Shown here: positions 1 through 13,068 of the stretch, piece after piece
How positions within the stretch are numbered: the stretch's first letter is position 1
How the letters are laid out: every line of letters begins with the position of its first letter
Assembly: GCF_003918875.1 (NCBI RefSeq)
Contig: NW_025766002.1
Span: 496,001 to 560,000 of the forward strand
Length of the DNA: 64,000 nt
Source of the DNA: Haliotis rubra
Lineage: Eukaryota
Direction of reading: 5' to 3'
Made by a program: the position numbers and the translations under genes
Notes under the pieces: generated by a model
Seen by the model: only the letters and a program-made list of their open reading frames with translations
Told to the model about the DNA's origin: nothing
The model's database searches: none

Positions 1-19
1 AACACATGCAGTTTCTTAC

Positions 20-79
20 CCGAGGCTTTTTCTCCTCATCATCCAACACTTCCACCAGCTGTGTAACACTGTGGCAAGC
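20..79 (-). CDS. DDX43: DDX43-like exon 19 (gene continues beyond window start)
   Basis: tag|ACHSVTQLVEVLDDEEKKPR|gtaag. Confidence 0.9.
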
Positions 80-862
80 CTATAACGAAGTGAGTGAGTG
101 AAGCTAGAAATGAAATTCTAGACACAGAAATACTTGTCCTATTTTGATAGTAATCACAGAATACTACCACAGAAACATACATATGAGAAAACAGACACTA
201 AGGAAACAACAAAATCAATAAAGATTTCTGTCACCATAAACCAATTACCAAAATTGCCTGAAGCAGTCATAAAATCCTCACTTCACGTCAATCTTACAAA
301 GGTATATTATGGGTCTGTAATGCTTGCAAGTTTCCACTCGGAAATAATGAAGTTAAGGCACGTTAGCCACAGACAACTGGATAGAGGAATGAAAGTCAAA
401 GCACCACAAGACAAGCTCACTGAATTTTCAGTTGGGGGAGCTAAAACTGCAGGTGTCCTTTGTTTGTAATACAAAGAGATGCAATATTATCTGGACATTA
501 TAATCTGAACAAGTGAACTCTGCTCAAGATAAAAAAGAGCTGCATCTGGACACAATGAAGTTACATGCCATATCACTCATACATCATTTGAATGTTCCTT
601 ATTTGGAGTTTGCTGCTGTTGACAATCCCTCTGAGAGAAGATATGTTTTTCATAAGGAAGCAATCAATATTATCAAACTGAACTGCAGCTATCTCATATC
701 TAATCAGGAAAGTTCACAGGCTTGGACCTGTCGTTAGCTAATTTGTGTCAGTAAATTTTACAGATATTAATTTCATGATTACTGGTTCTATTATATAACA
801 TATATGGTCACTGTTCCACTGCACCAGAGTGAGTAATGGGACAGCATACTCGAATGTAAAAA

Positions 863-1133
863 TGAGTGAGTGAGTTAGTTTAGCTTTACGCTGAACTCAG
901 CAATATTCCAGCCAAATGGCGGCGGTCTGTAAATAATCAAGTCTGGACCAGACAATCCAGTAATCAACAACATGAGCATCGATCTGCGCAATTGGGAACC
1001 AATGACATGTGTCAACCAAGCCAGCGAGCCTGACTACCCGATCCCGTTAGTCGCCTCTTATGACAAGCATATTCGCCTTTTGTGGCTAGCATGGGTTGCT
1101 GAAGACCTATTCTACCCCGGATCTTCACGGGTC
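863..1133 (-). mobile_element. SINE-like family B
   Basis: Full copy from 5' end gacccgtgaag to the (TCAC)n tail. Confidence 0.88.
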
Positions 1134-1251
1134 ACATGTAAAACTGAGAGTGTTCGGTAATGTTAAATTTTCAAACCCTTATGAACAAGTAAGGTTGATC
1201 TAACACTGATTTTCATGACAAGAACACCATTTGAAGGATTAAAAGACTTAC

Positions 1252-1339
1252 AGCCAGATCAAGTGTCCCGACAAAGATGTTGATGGGGCTGGACATGTAC
1301 ATGTCTGCTAGCCGCTGAACTTCTTGTGGCCAGGTGGCG
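1252..1339 (-). CDS. DDX43: DDX43-like exon 18 (motif III SAT)
   Basis: cag|SATWPQEVQRLADMYMSSPINIFVGTLDLA|gtaagt. Confidence 0.95.
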
Positions 1340-1470
1340 CTGCCAACAGAACCAACATTCTCGTGGATTGGTTCCAGTAATATCACAGATATTTGAATAA
1401 TGCCTGTCTCAGAACTGATTAGCAGGTCCAGTCATCAGTGACCAGTCACATGACAGTGACTGACATCATA

Positions 1471-1632
1471 GTGAGTGAGTATGGTTTTACAACGCTTTTA
1501 GCAATATTCCAGCAATATCAAGGCGGGGGACACCAGAAATGGGCTTCACACATTGTACCCATGTGGGGATTCGAACCCAGGTCTTGGGCGTGACGAGCGG
1601 ACGCTTTAACCATTAGGCTGACCCCACCGCTC
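1471..1632 (-). mobile_element. tRNA-derived SINE family A (~165 bp, (TCAC)n tail)
   Basis: A box tagtggttaa and B box ggttcgaatcc on the sense strand; TSD gactgacatcata. Other copies near 2965, 7534, 8603, 10090, 20170, 20424, 24184, 30443, 34284, 36856, 41840. Confidence 0.9.
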
Positions 1633-2125
1633 GACTGACATCATACCCAGCAGTACATACTCCATACATTGATGTAAGCTCCTCTATCCCTCATGAATAC
1701 ATACGATTTGTAATGGTGAAGAGATATTTATGCGAGACTTCTTTCTTATTCATATCGTTTTTGGTGACAGATTTTTGCCTCAAAATTCAGGTCAGAGCTA
1801 AACAAAAAATATTTATAAAAAATAAATTTAAAAAATCCAATTTAAAAAATATTATTTTGGTCATTTCCTCTGGCAAATCATAATTCCATTTTGGAGGTTT
1901 TTATATAAAATTTCAACAGGTTGTAATTAGAGTATTTGATAAATTTATGAAAGTAAATGAGTTATTTACATTATGCTTATATCTGGTTGGGGGAATAAAA
2001 AACTTCTTCTCAATTTTCAAATGTTTGAAGTCAGCAGATTCGACAACCCATGGCAAGGTTCCACTGAGATGGTAACCAATGACATTTTTGGACAAGGCTT
2101 ATGGAACTTCTTGTGGCCATAATTA

Positions 2126-2278
<153 letters not shown>

Positions 2279-3482
2279 TTACACACAACATTCAAGGTTT
2301 ATGCCTTATCCACAGGTGAATGATTGTAATCAATAGGTTCAGGCATTCAAGCATTGGAGTTCGCAAAATAATTCGGCATATATTTGTTTGCATGCTATGG
2401 TCATATGAATGAATTTGTGTGCTAAGATTAAGTGAATGTTACATATGTTATATACGATTAAAAAAAGGAGGGGATATTGGATTTACAAGATCGATAAAAT
2501 GCAAATGATGAAGCAAGGAGGAAACAGATGATGAAGAGAAATTAAGGGAAAATGTGACAATTCATTCCATTCCCTTGGAAATGTTTCATCTGTATGGATA
2601 TATATTACTTTTTCTCAAATGTTTCATCTGTATGGATATATATTACTTTTTCTCATATGCATTGGCATTGGCTAGTGGTATGCTCGCAAAATGTGATCCC
2701 CCACTTTTTTTGAATGGTATATTTGGGATTACACTTTCTTAGTCAAGATTCTAATACTTTTGTTAGGTTGAGTCCCATCTGGGCATTGTGTATTCTTAAG
2801 TGAATGTTGTTTTTAGCCACAACCACCAACATTTCATCAATGTGGCAGATTGTAAATATTCCAGTCTAGACCAGGTGATTCACTCTAATCCACACCATCA
2901 AGACCCAAAGACACATATTACCTGTAACAGAGCCTGATGACTGCATTCATTTTGGTGATGAGAGTGAGTGAGTTGTGTTTTACTCAGGTTCAGCAATATT
3001 CCAGCAATAACATGGCAGGGAGCACCAACAATGGACTTCACACATTGTAACTGGGAATCGAACCCTTCACTGTGAAGAGCAAATGCTTTACCCACTACCC
3101 CACGGCCCCTCACTTCAGTAAACCTTTTTAACACAAGTAGGTTGCTGGGGAGTAATTCTACCCAAGACTCTGATGGTGGTCTATCCACAGAGTGTTCACA
3201 TCATGTATTATCAACTGACATTCATAGGTTAAATCATCACAGCAATTAAGAATAACTAAACGACATTTACGCCTACATATTCATGACAATTGTTTCGCTG
3301 TATTGTGCTTGCAGTAAAGTAGCACGGTTCAGTATCCAAGCAGGGATTGTATCATTAGAGTATTCTGTTCACGTATCATCAGACCACATTAATAGGGATA
3401 ACAAAGCAATAAGGAATAACTTAATGACATTTACACCTAACATGACAGTACTGTAGCTGTATTGTGTTAGCAGTACAGTAGC

Positions 3483-3925
3483 TAGGGGTGACTATTGAGG
3501 GGAGACAACTATTGGGACAATGATACTCTATTGCGACACACTATTGCGATAGTGATAGTCTATTGCAACCAACTATTGCAACACTATGGCAATAGTTTTT
3601 CTCTCCTTGAATTGTCTCATTTAAAGTCATTTCCCAAATGAATGTATAGTTTATATGAAATAAAATCAAGTTGAAGTAGCTTGAGTCTCTTTTGATAACT
3701 GGCAAGAAACTCTAACCCTAGATCAAGTAAACAGTCATGTTTGTTTAACTGGTAACAGGGACGGATAACTCTAAATCAAAGTGAACAGAAGTCAATTACT
3801 AAACTATCGATAGTCACGTATACTATCGATGCATCCATAGTTTTTCGTTTCTACCATCGATTAATTGCTATCGGAAACTCAACAATTGCAATCCATCGAT
3901 AGTTTGATTCATCCCTACAGCCCTA
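3483..3925. mobile_element. hAT-like MITE
   Basis: tagggg...gcccta ends, 8-bp TSD acagtagc/acagtaga, internal actattgc/actatcgat repeats. Confidence 0.55.
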
Positions 3926-4005
3926 ACAGTAGAACAGGTCAATATACAGGTAGGGAAGGTACAAGTAGAGAATACGGCAGGTGTCTGGTAAGGCTAAGAT
4001 TTTCA

Positions 4006-4176
<171 letters not shown>

Positions 4177-4181
4177 TCATC

Positions 4182-6163
4182 AGACCGAAATGTAACTTAC
4201 AGGAGCCGCTCCTGCAGCATTGACCGAGATGTAACTTACAGGAGCCGCTCCTGCAGCATTGACCGAGATGTAACTTACAGGAGCCTCTCCTGCAGCATTG
4301 ACCGAGATGTAACTTACAGGAGCCGCTCCTGCAGCATTGACCGAGATGTAACTTACAGGAGCTGCTCCTGCAGCATTGACCGAGATGTAACTTACAGGAG
4401 CCTGCTCCTGCAGCATTGACCGAGATGTAACTTACAGGAGCTGCTCCTGCAGCATTGACCGAGTTGTAACTTACAGGAGCTGCTCCTGCAGCATTGACCG
4501 AGATGTAACTTACAGGAGCTGCTCCTGCAGCATTGACTGAGATGTAACTTACAGGAGCTGCTCCTGCAGCATTGACCGAGATGTAACTTACAGGAGCTGC
4601 TCCTGCAGCATTGACCGAGATGTAACTTACAGGAGCTGCTCCTGCAGCATTGACCGAGATGTAACTTACAGGAGCTGCTCCTGCAGCATTGACCGAGATG
4701 TAACTTACAGGAGCTGCTCCTGCAGCATTGACCGAGATGTAACTTACAGGAGCTGCTCCTGCAGCATTGACCGAGATGTAACTTACAGGATCTCTGCAGC
4801 ATTGACCGAGATGAGCTGCTGCTCCTGCAGCATTGACCGAGATGTAACTTACAGGAGCTGCTCCTGCAGCATTGACCGAGATGTAACTTACAGGAGCTGC
4901 TCCTGCAGCATTGACGAAGATGTAACTTACAGGATGCTCCTAGCATTGACTGCCGAGATGAATGTAACTTACAGGAGCTGCTCCTGCAGCATTGACCGAG
5001 ATTGTAACTTACAGGAGCTGCTCCTGCAGCATTGACCGAGATGTAACTTACAGGAGCTGCTCCTGCAGCATTGACCGAGATGTAACTTACAGGAGCTGCT
5101 CCTGCAGCATTGACCGAGATGTAACTTACAGGAGCTGCTCCTGCAGCATTGACCGAGATGTAACTTACAGGAGCCGCTCCTGCAGCATTGCAGATGTAAC
5201 TTACAGGAGCTGCTCCTGCAGATTGAGGGCTGCTCCTGCAGCATTGACCGAGATGTAACTTACAGGAGCTGCTCCTGCAGCATTGACCGAGATGTAACTT
5301 ACAGGAGCTGCTCCTGCAGCATTGACCGAGATGTAACTTACAGGAGCTGCTCCTGCAGCATTGACCGAGATGTAACTTACAGGAGCTGCTCCTGCAGCAT
5401 TGACCGAGATGTAACTTACAGGAGCTGCTCCTGCAGGAGATGTAACTTACCTCCTGCATTGACCGAGATGTACTGCTCCTACATTGGATGCTGCTCCTGC
5501 AGCATTGACCGAGATGTAACTTACAGGAGCTGCTCCTGCAGCATTGACGAGATGTAACTTAGAGCTGCTCCTGCAGCATTGGCCTCCGAGATGTAACTTA
5601 CAGGAGCCCTCCCTGCATTGACCGAGATGTAACTTACAGGAGCCGCTCCTGCAGCATTGACTGAGATGTAACTTACAGGAGCTGCTCCTGCAGCATTGAT
5701 TGAGATGTAACTTACAGGAGCTGTTGCAGCATTGATTGAGATGTAACTTACAGGAGCTGCTCCTGCAGCATTGACCGAGATGTAACTTACAGGAGCTGCT
5801 CCTGCAGCATTGACCGAGATGTAACTTACAGGAGCTGCTCCTGCAGCATTGACCGAGATGTAACTTACAGGAGCTGCTCCTGCAGCATTGACCGAGATGT
5901 AACTTACAGGAGCTGCTCCTGCAGCATTGACCGAGATGTAACTTACAGGAGCTGCTCCTGCAGCATTGACCGAGATGTAACTTACAGGAGCCGCTCCTGC
6001 AGCATTGACGGAGATGTAACTTACAAGAGCCGCTCCTGCAGCATTGACGGAGTTGTAACTTACAGGAGCCGCTCCTGCAGCATTGATGGAGATGTAACTT
6101 ACAGGAGCCGCTCCTGCAGCATTGACCGAGATGTAACTTACAGGAGCCGCTCCTGCAGCATTG
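4182..6163. repeat. 39-bp minisatellite, ~50 copies
   Basis: Unit gaccgagatgtaacttacaggagctgctcctgcagcatt. Confidence 0.97.
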
Positions 6164-6341
6164 CACTCACAGAACTAGGCTAAATACAAATGTACCACAT
6201 GTAAATAAGTGTCTCATAACACAGCGGGTCATCCATGGACACCAAGAGGAAGGGATGACTGTATATGGTGGACGGCTGAGCTTACTAGACTCTACAGAAA
6301 TAATTAAGGTCAAGGAAACATAGAAGCATATAACCACTCAC

Positions 6342-6452
6342 CTGCGTATGCCCCTGTAGTTGATTTTCTTCACCTCCACCTCAATCTGCTGGGCCAGTTC
6401 TCGGGTCGGAGACAACACTAACACATTGGGACCACCACGCTGCTCCCTTGGG
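6342..6452 (-). CDS. DDX43: DDX43-like exon 15 (motif Ia)
   Basis: cag|PREQRGGPNVLVLSPTRELAQQIEVEVKKINYRGIR|gtgagt. Confidence 0.95.
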
Positions 6453-7219
6453 CTGTGATAATACAGCGGGAGTGAATCAAGGAATGTTCATTCATTAATG
6501 CAGTCAGAAATTTTAACGTCACATCACTGCGTCATGTGAACAATATGGTACTGTTGGATGTTGGGTTTTTTCGTCTGTTGTTTAATGCCACACTCAGCTA
6601 CACCACAAGGGAAGGGGATCAGGGCTCGAATTAGTGCTTTGTTACTTGCATTGGTGCAACCCAATATTACAAAATGCAACCTAGTTATTAGTCTAACTTG
6701 CAACAGGTGCAACTCAATTTTTGAGTGGGTAAAACATTTAAATAATTCAATAGCATATTTCTTACATTACATATTACAATAAAAGCAGTGCAACTGGAAT
6801 TTGGCTGGTTTAACTAGGTTTTATTTTAGGTTGCACCTGGTGCAAGTAGGTTAACTTGTCTTAAATCAAGCCCTGGGGATTTATCAGAGCTTGTCTGCAA
6901 AATGTGGAAGGAAAGTCTAAAATGATCCAGGTCATAGATAATTACAACTCTGGTCATCTAGAAACACAACCAGGGCAAAGAGGATTCGAAACGATGATCA
7001 TAGGTTAATAGCTCCAAGCAATCTAGTGAATGTCAGTGCCTGAGATGACTGCGCCTGATCTGCCACCTAAAAATATGTCTAATAATTGTAGTATGTCGAC
7101 AATTATGCAGCTTTACCATCTCACAGATATTATGAAACTATTTTCCTTGTCCAGTTTAGCTATTCATAATCGACAAAATCAATTACTACAATTACCCGGT
7201 TACAAGATTCACAACTCAC

Positions 7220-7284
7220 ACAGGCTGGTTGTCAATGTGGATTAAAGCTGGGAGGAGAAAAGCCAAGGTTTTTCCGGTACCTGT
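7220..7284 (-). CDS. DDX43: DDX43-like exon 14 (Walker A)
   Basis: cag|TGTGKTLAFLLPALIHIDNQP|gtgagt. Confidence 0.95.
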
Positions 7285-7471
7285 CTGAATAGAAACAGTG
7301 GGATCTGAAAATCAACTCAAAGAATGACTGACAAGAGATTTCCAGATCACTTGATGATGATGCAACACACTGGAATATAATTAAGTTAAATCATGTTCTT
7401 AAAAAAATGTGTTTTTTAAAATCTTTATAGGACATTCGAACAACTGCAAGAGATTAGGACTGGACACCTAC

Positions 7472-7525
7472 CTGTGCTATTCCAATAAGGTCTTGTCCTT
7501 GTAACAGAATGGGCCATGCTTGTTT
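7472..7525 (-). CDS. DDX43: DDX43-like exon 13
   Basis: cag|KQAWPILLQGQDLIGIAQ|gtagg; acceptor duplicated by a SINE target-site duplication (see findings). Confidence 0.92.
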
Positions 7526-7533
7526 CTGAAGAA

Positions 7534-7753
7534 TGAATGAGTGAGTGAGTGAGTGAGTGAGTGAGTGAGTGAGTGAGTGAGTAGTAGTGAGAGTGAGTGA
7601 GAGAGGTATGGTTTTACGCCACTTTTAGCAATATTCCACCAATATCAAGGCGTGGGACACCAGAAATGGGTTTCACACATTGTACCAATGTGGGGAATCG
7701 AACCAGGGTCTTCGGCGTGACGACGCTTTAACCACTATGACACCCCACCACCC
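7534..7753 (-). mobile_element. SINE family A inserted at the exon 13 splice acceptor
   Basis: 15-bp TSD cttgtttctgaagaa at 7519-7533 and 7754-7768. Confidence 0.9.
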
Positions 7754-7939
7754 CTTGTTTCTGAAGAAAACGATAACAGGATAGCTGAGGAATTTCTGCA
7801 GATGGGGGAAACTGACCATGCACAAAAGGTGTATGCACTGCTTAATGCTGTACACTGCAATATTCAGTCATTCAATAATAGACATACTTGAGTTTGGATC
7901 AGACGAACTGGTGATTAATATTGTGAGTCTAATACTGAC

Positions 7940-7995
7940 CTGTATTGGTGATGGCTCAACAAACTTCTGATTATAGATCTGTTCTAGAATCTGAG
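7940..7995 (-). CDS. DDX43: DDX43-like exon 12 (Q motif)
   Basis: cag|PQILEQIYNQKFVEPSPIQ|gtcagt. Confidence 0.92.
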
Positions 7996-8052
7996 CTGTA
8001 AGAAAATGGAACCACTGTATAACTGTACTAAACTTTAAACTTCAAATAATAA

Positions 8053-8326
8053 GTGAGTGAGTGAGTGAGTTTAGTTTTACGCCGCACTCAGCAATATTCC
8101 AGCTATATGACGGCGGTCTGTAAATAATCAAGTCTGGACCAGACAATCCAGTGATCAACAGCATGAGCATCGATCTGCGCAATTGGGAACCAATGACATG
8201 TGTCAACCAAGTCAGCGAAACTGACCACCCGATCCCGTTAGTCGCCTCTTACGACAAGATAGTCGCCTTTTTATGGCAAGCACATGGGTTGCTGAAGACC
8301 TATTCTACCCCGGATCTTCACGGGTC
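8053..8326 (-). mobile_element. SINE-like family B (~240-280 bp; no tRNA head; 3' tail shared with family A)
   Basis: TSD acttcaaataataa. Other copies near 863-1133, 13185-13397, 13827-14064, 25573-25765, 27075-27314, 31503-31748, 42455-42635, 52905-53135, 55388-55624, 60582-60818. Confidence 0.88.
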
Positions 8327-8792
8327 ACTTCAAATAATAACTGAACACACTCTTTACATGACAAACCATGATTCAGTTATTTGTAGTTACAAGGACACTC
8401 ATTCATTTTAAGTGAAAGAGCCCCAAAAAATAGGCTTCAGCCAGCCTATTACATTCTGGTTCTGGGGAACTACACTGATGGGAATCCCTGTGATTATGTC
8501 ACAGATATGAAAATTAATAAATCATCAAAAACTTGAAACCACTTTTAATTCGTCTCCTCAATGTTGTCGAACATGGAATTACAGGGACTTTTTCCAGTGC
8601 TTAGAGTGAGTGAGTGAGAACAATATTCCCGCAATATCATGGGAATGATCTTCACATATTGTACCCATGTGGTGAATCTAACCAGGGGCTTCTGTGTGAT
8701 GAATAAATGCTTTAAACACTTGGCTATCCCCACCCCACCCCACCACCACATTCCCACCCCAATCCCACCTTTAAAAGACAAGAGTTTCTTAC

Positions 8793-8881
8793 GATAATGC
8801 TGGAAGGCTTCTTCAAAGGTCCTCACAGGATTTGCCACACGTTTGTCCCCGCCTTCAACAATTATGTTGTTGTTCTTCTTC
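8793..8881 (-). CDS. DDX43: DDX43-like exon 11
   Basis: cag|RKKNNNIIVEGGDKRVANPVRTFEEAFQHY|gtaag. Confidence 0.92.
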
Positions 8882-9019
8882 CTGTTGATAACAGTACACT
8901 TCCATTATAGGCCATAAACCTGAGAGTTAATTATTGACATATCTGACCAAGGGAATTGGAGTACAACAAGCATGGAATACATAAATTTTAAGGAGGGGAA
9001 AGGTATCACAAATTCTCTG

Positions 9020-9870
9020 GTCAAGCCAATACAGGCAGGTCAAGCCAATACCAGTAGGCCAAGCTAATACAGATCAAGCAATTACAGGCTGGGTCAAGCT
9101 GATACAGGCAGGTCAAGCTGATACAGGTGGGTCAAGCTGATACAGGTGGGTGAAGCTGATACAGGTGGGTGAAGCTGATACAGGTGGGTCAAGCTGATAC
9201 AGGTGGGTGAAGCTGATACAGGTGGGCCAAGTTTATACAGGTGGGTGAACCACCTGTGAAGCTGATACAGGTGGGTGAAGCAGATACAGGTGGGTGAAGC
9301 TGATACAGGCAGGTCAAGCTGATACAGGTGGGCCAAGCTGATACAGGGGGTGGCTGATACAGTCAAGCTGATACAGGTGGGTCAAGCTGATACAGGTGGG
9401 TACAAGCTGATACAGGTGGGTCAAGCTGATACAGGTGGGGTGATAAGTCAAGCTGATACAGGTGGGTGAAGCTGATACAGGTGGGTCAAGCTGATACAGG
9501 TGGGTCAAGCTGATACAGGTGGGTCAAGCTGATACAGGTGGGTCAAGCTGATACAGGTGGGTCAAGCTGATACAGGTGGGTCAAGCTGATAAAGGTGGGT
9601 CAAGCTGATACAGGTGGGCCAAGCTGATACAGGTGGGTCAAGCTGATACAGGTGGGTCAAGCTGATACAGGTGGGTGAAGCTGATACAGGTGGGTCAAGC
9701 TGATACAGGCGGTCAAGCTGATACAGGTGGGTCAAGCTGATACAGATGGGTGAAGCTGATACAGGTGGGTCAAGCTGATAAAGGCAGGTCAAGCTGATAC
9801 AGGTTGCCCAAGCTGATACAGGTGGGACAAGCTGATACAGGTGGGCCAAGCTGACACAGGTGGGTCAAGC
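9020..9870. repeat. 19-bp minisatellite (degenerate copies extend to ~10330)
   Basis: Unit caagctgatacaggtgggt. Confidence 0.95.
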
Positions 9871-10089
9871 CAGTAGAGCACGCCTTGACAGTACATTTAG
9901 CCCCAAGACAGAACATTCAGGTCAAGTCACTACAGTCAGGCCAATCCAATACAGTCATGTTAATCTAAGAGTCAGATCAAGCCTGTATAATCAAAAAAGA
10001 GTGAGTGATCAAGCCAGTACAAGCAAATACAGGGAGGCCAAACCAACACAGGTAGGCAAAGCCAATACAAGAAGGCCAAGCTGATACAG

Positions 10090-10251
10090 TGAGTGAGTGA
10101 GTTTAGTTTTACGCCGCTTTTAGCAATATTCCAGCAATATCACGGCTGGTGACACCAGAAATGGGCTTCACACATTGTACCCATGCGGGGAATCGAACCC
10201 GGGCCTAGGCATGACGAGCGAACGCCGTAACCACTAGGCTACCCCACCACC
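10090..10251 (-). mobile_element. SINE family A
   Basis: Full copy; TSD ccaagctgatacag. Confidence 0.9.
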
Positions 10252-10613
10252 CCAAGCTGATACAGGGAGGCCAAGCCAACACAGGTTGGCAAAGCCAGTA
10301 CAAGCAGGGCAAGTCGCCCAAACAGGCAGGGCAACAAGGACAGTTTGGACATGTTTTATGTTTCAGGCAATAATCCAGATAAAAATGGCAACCTGTAAAG
10401 AATCAAGTTGTTTATAACCAGTTATTGATATCATAAACAATAATCAAAGCCATCAGTTTAAGATGACACAACTATCGAACAAGTCACCAAAGTTAAGTGA
10501 TCCATTAAATCACCTCATATAAGCATAGTTTCCTGTCATTTGGCTACTTTTTAACCTTCACAACTCTGGACTACACACATACACAACCACACCATGGACA
10601 ACACATAGCCTAC

Positions 10614-10695
10614 CTGATTTCCTTTACTTCTCCTGGATGCATGTTAGCCACATCAGGATCTTCAAAGTAAAAATTCTTCTCCAAAGGTGGCAGAC
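10614..10695 (-). CDS. DDX43: DDX43-like exon 10
   Basis: tag|GLPPLEKNFYFEDPDVANMHPGEVKEI|gtagg; LPP..KNFY motif of the DDX5/17/43 group. Confidence 0.92.
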
Positions 10696-10972
10696 CTACG
10701 ACAAAAACATTTACAGCCTTGTGACAAAATGTTGAAGGAGCAAGTCAGCAATATCACCAACCAACAAATAATCCAGTCTTGAATACTAGTTGTTAATAGC
10801 ATGAGGAACAAGTCAAGCCATATTGAGTTCACACTGTCACAAGGCTCTCTTAAACATGGTGGGCCTGATGATTAGTGTTGGGAATTGGTTAAAATCTCAT
10901 ACCGGGTAATTGAGATCATCGAAAATAATTGGTTAGCGTCATTTATGAAATTTTCCTGGTTATTTTTGTTAA

Positions 10973-11291
10973 GGCCAGACCAATTTTATTTCTTGTTTTA
11001 CGGATCCGCCGGTCATATTTTTTCAAGCATAAGAAAAAAAATAAAAATTAATCTTCCACGCCCTAAAAATAAATCCTCATGTTTTTATTGGCAAAGAATG
11101 TAAACTTACAAAACAAAATTTTTTGATTTTTTTTTGCCCCATATACACTTCATAACTTGCCAAAAATTAACTACTTTTACAAAGGAATATTACTTTGACT
11201 GGTGATTTTGATTTTTGATTTTTTTTCCCTCCTGCCTTTAGGTTTTCTGAGGATAACAATTAGTAAAACAAGAAATAAAATTGGTCTGGAC
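10973..11291. mobile_element. PIF/Harbinger-like MITE
   Basis: ~27-bp TIR ggccagaccaattttatttcttgtttt; TAA TSD. Confidence 0.75.
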
Positions 11292-11719
11292 TAATGCACA
11301 AAAACACAAAGACAAAACCATGTAGTTCTTTGGGTTTTTTTCAAATTTCACATCTTAACAGGATGATTAGTATGTTAGGAACATAAATTTATTGGGGTCT
11401 TTAAGATAAATTCAGTCATGACTTGGAACGAGCTTGTAGTGCTCGTGAAATGTAACAGACAAAAAGAACCTTGTGAAAAATATTGTTAATGCAAAAAGAG
11501 AATACCTGAATTGTTTGTAATGCAAAAAGAGAAAACATGATCGATTGCTTGGTCATCTAATCTTTGATTATTTCAATTAATCAGACCACCACTACTGATG
11601 ATGTTTCTTGGTTACCAGGCACCATAACCATGTTCATCACTTCAGGCTTTCCTCCTATAATTAAGCAGATGATAAATCTAAATACTGCTCAAAGAGGCAT
11701 CAAACTCAAATCCTCTCTC

Positions 11720-12137
11720 AAATATCAGAACAGCACTAGCCCGTTTCAGATGTAGTTCCCATGATCTTCTAATAGAAAAGGTAGGCATTTAGGGATACCA
11801 CAGGAAAAACGCTTGTGTAAATATTGTACTTAGAAGATGAATATCATTTCTTGCTTGTTTGTCCATTGTATGCAAATATCAGAAAAGAATACATAAAGAA
11901 ATATTTCTACTTGAACCCCCCAATAGACAAATTCCATACCCTCATGACATCCGAAAATCAAACAGCCACAAAATACTTTGCAATGTATGTATACCACGTC
12001 ATGAATATGAGATCCTCTGCATTACAGATGTGATATTATTTACTATATATTCATTTATATTGCACCCTCTGCTACTGTATGTAAAATGTACTATAGGCCT
12101 ACGGCCTCTTCAGTACTGTAAAATAAAGATTGATTGA
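11720..12137 (+). mobile_element. Non-LTR retrotransposon 3' fragment
   Basis: RLCKYC.LEDEYHFLLVCPLYANIR C-terminal CCHC-type motif, followed by aataaa and a (gatt)n tail. Confidence 0.75.
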
Positions 12138-12252
12138 ACTACCAGATATATCATAAATGTCACACTGATAAATAGTTGTGAGTCAAGTAGAGTCAACCAC
12201 TGCTGTGTCAAAGTTGTAAGGACCTATGCAAATGTGTCAAGTTAGACGAGGA

Positions 12253-12451
12253 AGCCGCGGTGGCTGAGCGGTCTAGGCGTCTGACTTTGTGTGCTGGCGA
12301 TTAGGTGCCTGACTCTGAGGGTGTGGGTTCGAATCCCGGATGGGACTCAACCCAAAACAGTACTAGAATCTGTACTTTACTGAGAAAGTGTAATCCCAAA
12401 TATAACATATGTTACATTTGACCACTTTCTAAAATGGCATTGTGTATTTCA
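12253..12451 (+). mobile_element. tRNA(Leu-like)-derived SINE family D
   Basis: gtggctgagcggtctaggcg...ggttcgaatccc; 14-bp TSD aagttagacgagga. Confidence 0.8.
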
Positions 12452-12687
12452 AAGTTAGACGAGGATCGACAAATCCACTAAAGGATGACTACATGAGGAA
12501 TCCATGGTATCAAGCTGAGACAATTCTAAATTTGACAAAATGGTGTCGGACTCTATTGTATGACCACTTATAGTACCAGAAGGCCAGAAATGTTGGACCA
12601 GTTTTACATCAAATGGTTCTCTGTTATCTCCTTGCATTGTTAGACATGGTTTTCATAAGCCCAAACCCAACCAGTTAACATTTGTAC

Positions 12688-12774
12688 CTTCAAATTTCTT
12701 TGCTTCATTAGCCTCTTTAGCAGCTCGAATGATTCCCCAGTTGATTTTGGGTTTCTCGGCTGGCTCTCCGTTGC
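12688..12774 (-). CDS. DDX43: DDX43-like exon 9
   Basis: cag|GNGEPAEKPKINWGIIRAAKEANEAKKFE|gtac; matches the IDW..IR segment typical of DDX43. Confidence 0.88.
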
Positions 12775-13068
12775 CTGCAAGAAACAAAAACCATCAACTG
12801 ATAACTGGCCTTGCTAAATACAAACAAGAGGCATATAGCTTACAGATTAGCAAATTATGTACTTGGTATTATTTTTAGTTATTAATACCAAGTACATAAT
12901 TAGTACATAACTTGCTGTAGTTTGTATGTTGGCATCCTTTATTGACAAGATACATAAATAACCATATGTCAGCTGTAATAACATGATGATGATGATGATG
13001 ATGATGATGATGGCATGTACAATTTAAGCTTTTGGTCTGCATGCATACATTGAAAAGTATTCCTTCAC

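Noticed and set aside
4180-6166. Long Cys-rich ORFs (CCRSSSCKLHLGQ)n resembling keratin-associated or metallothionein proteins
   Set aside because: Translations of a 39-bp minisatellite inside DDX43 intron 15; open in several frames on both strands, with no gene structure
12253-12350. Possible tRNA-Leu gene (also the tRNA-Asp-like heads of family A)
   Set aside because: Acceptor and anticodon stems do not close, and the sequence is followed by a body and flanked by TSDs, so these are SINE heads
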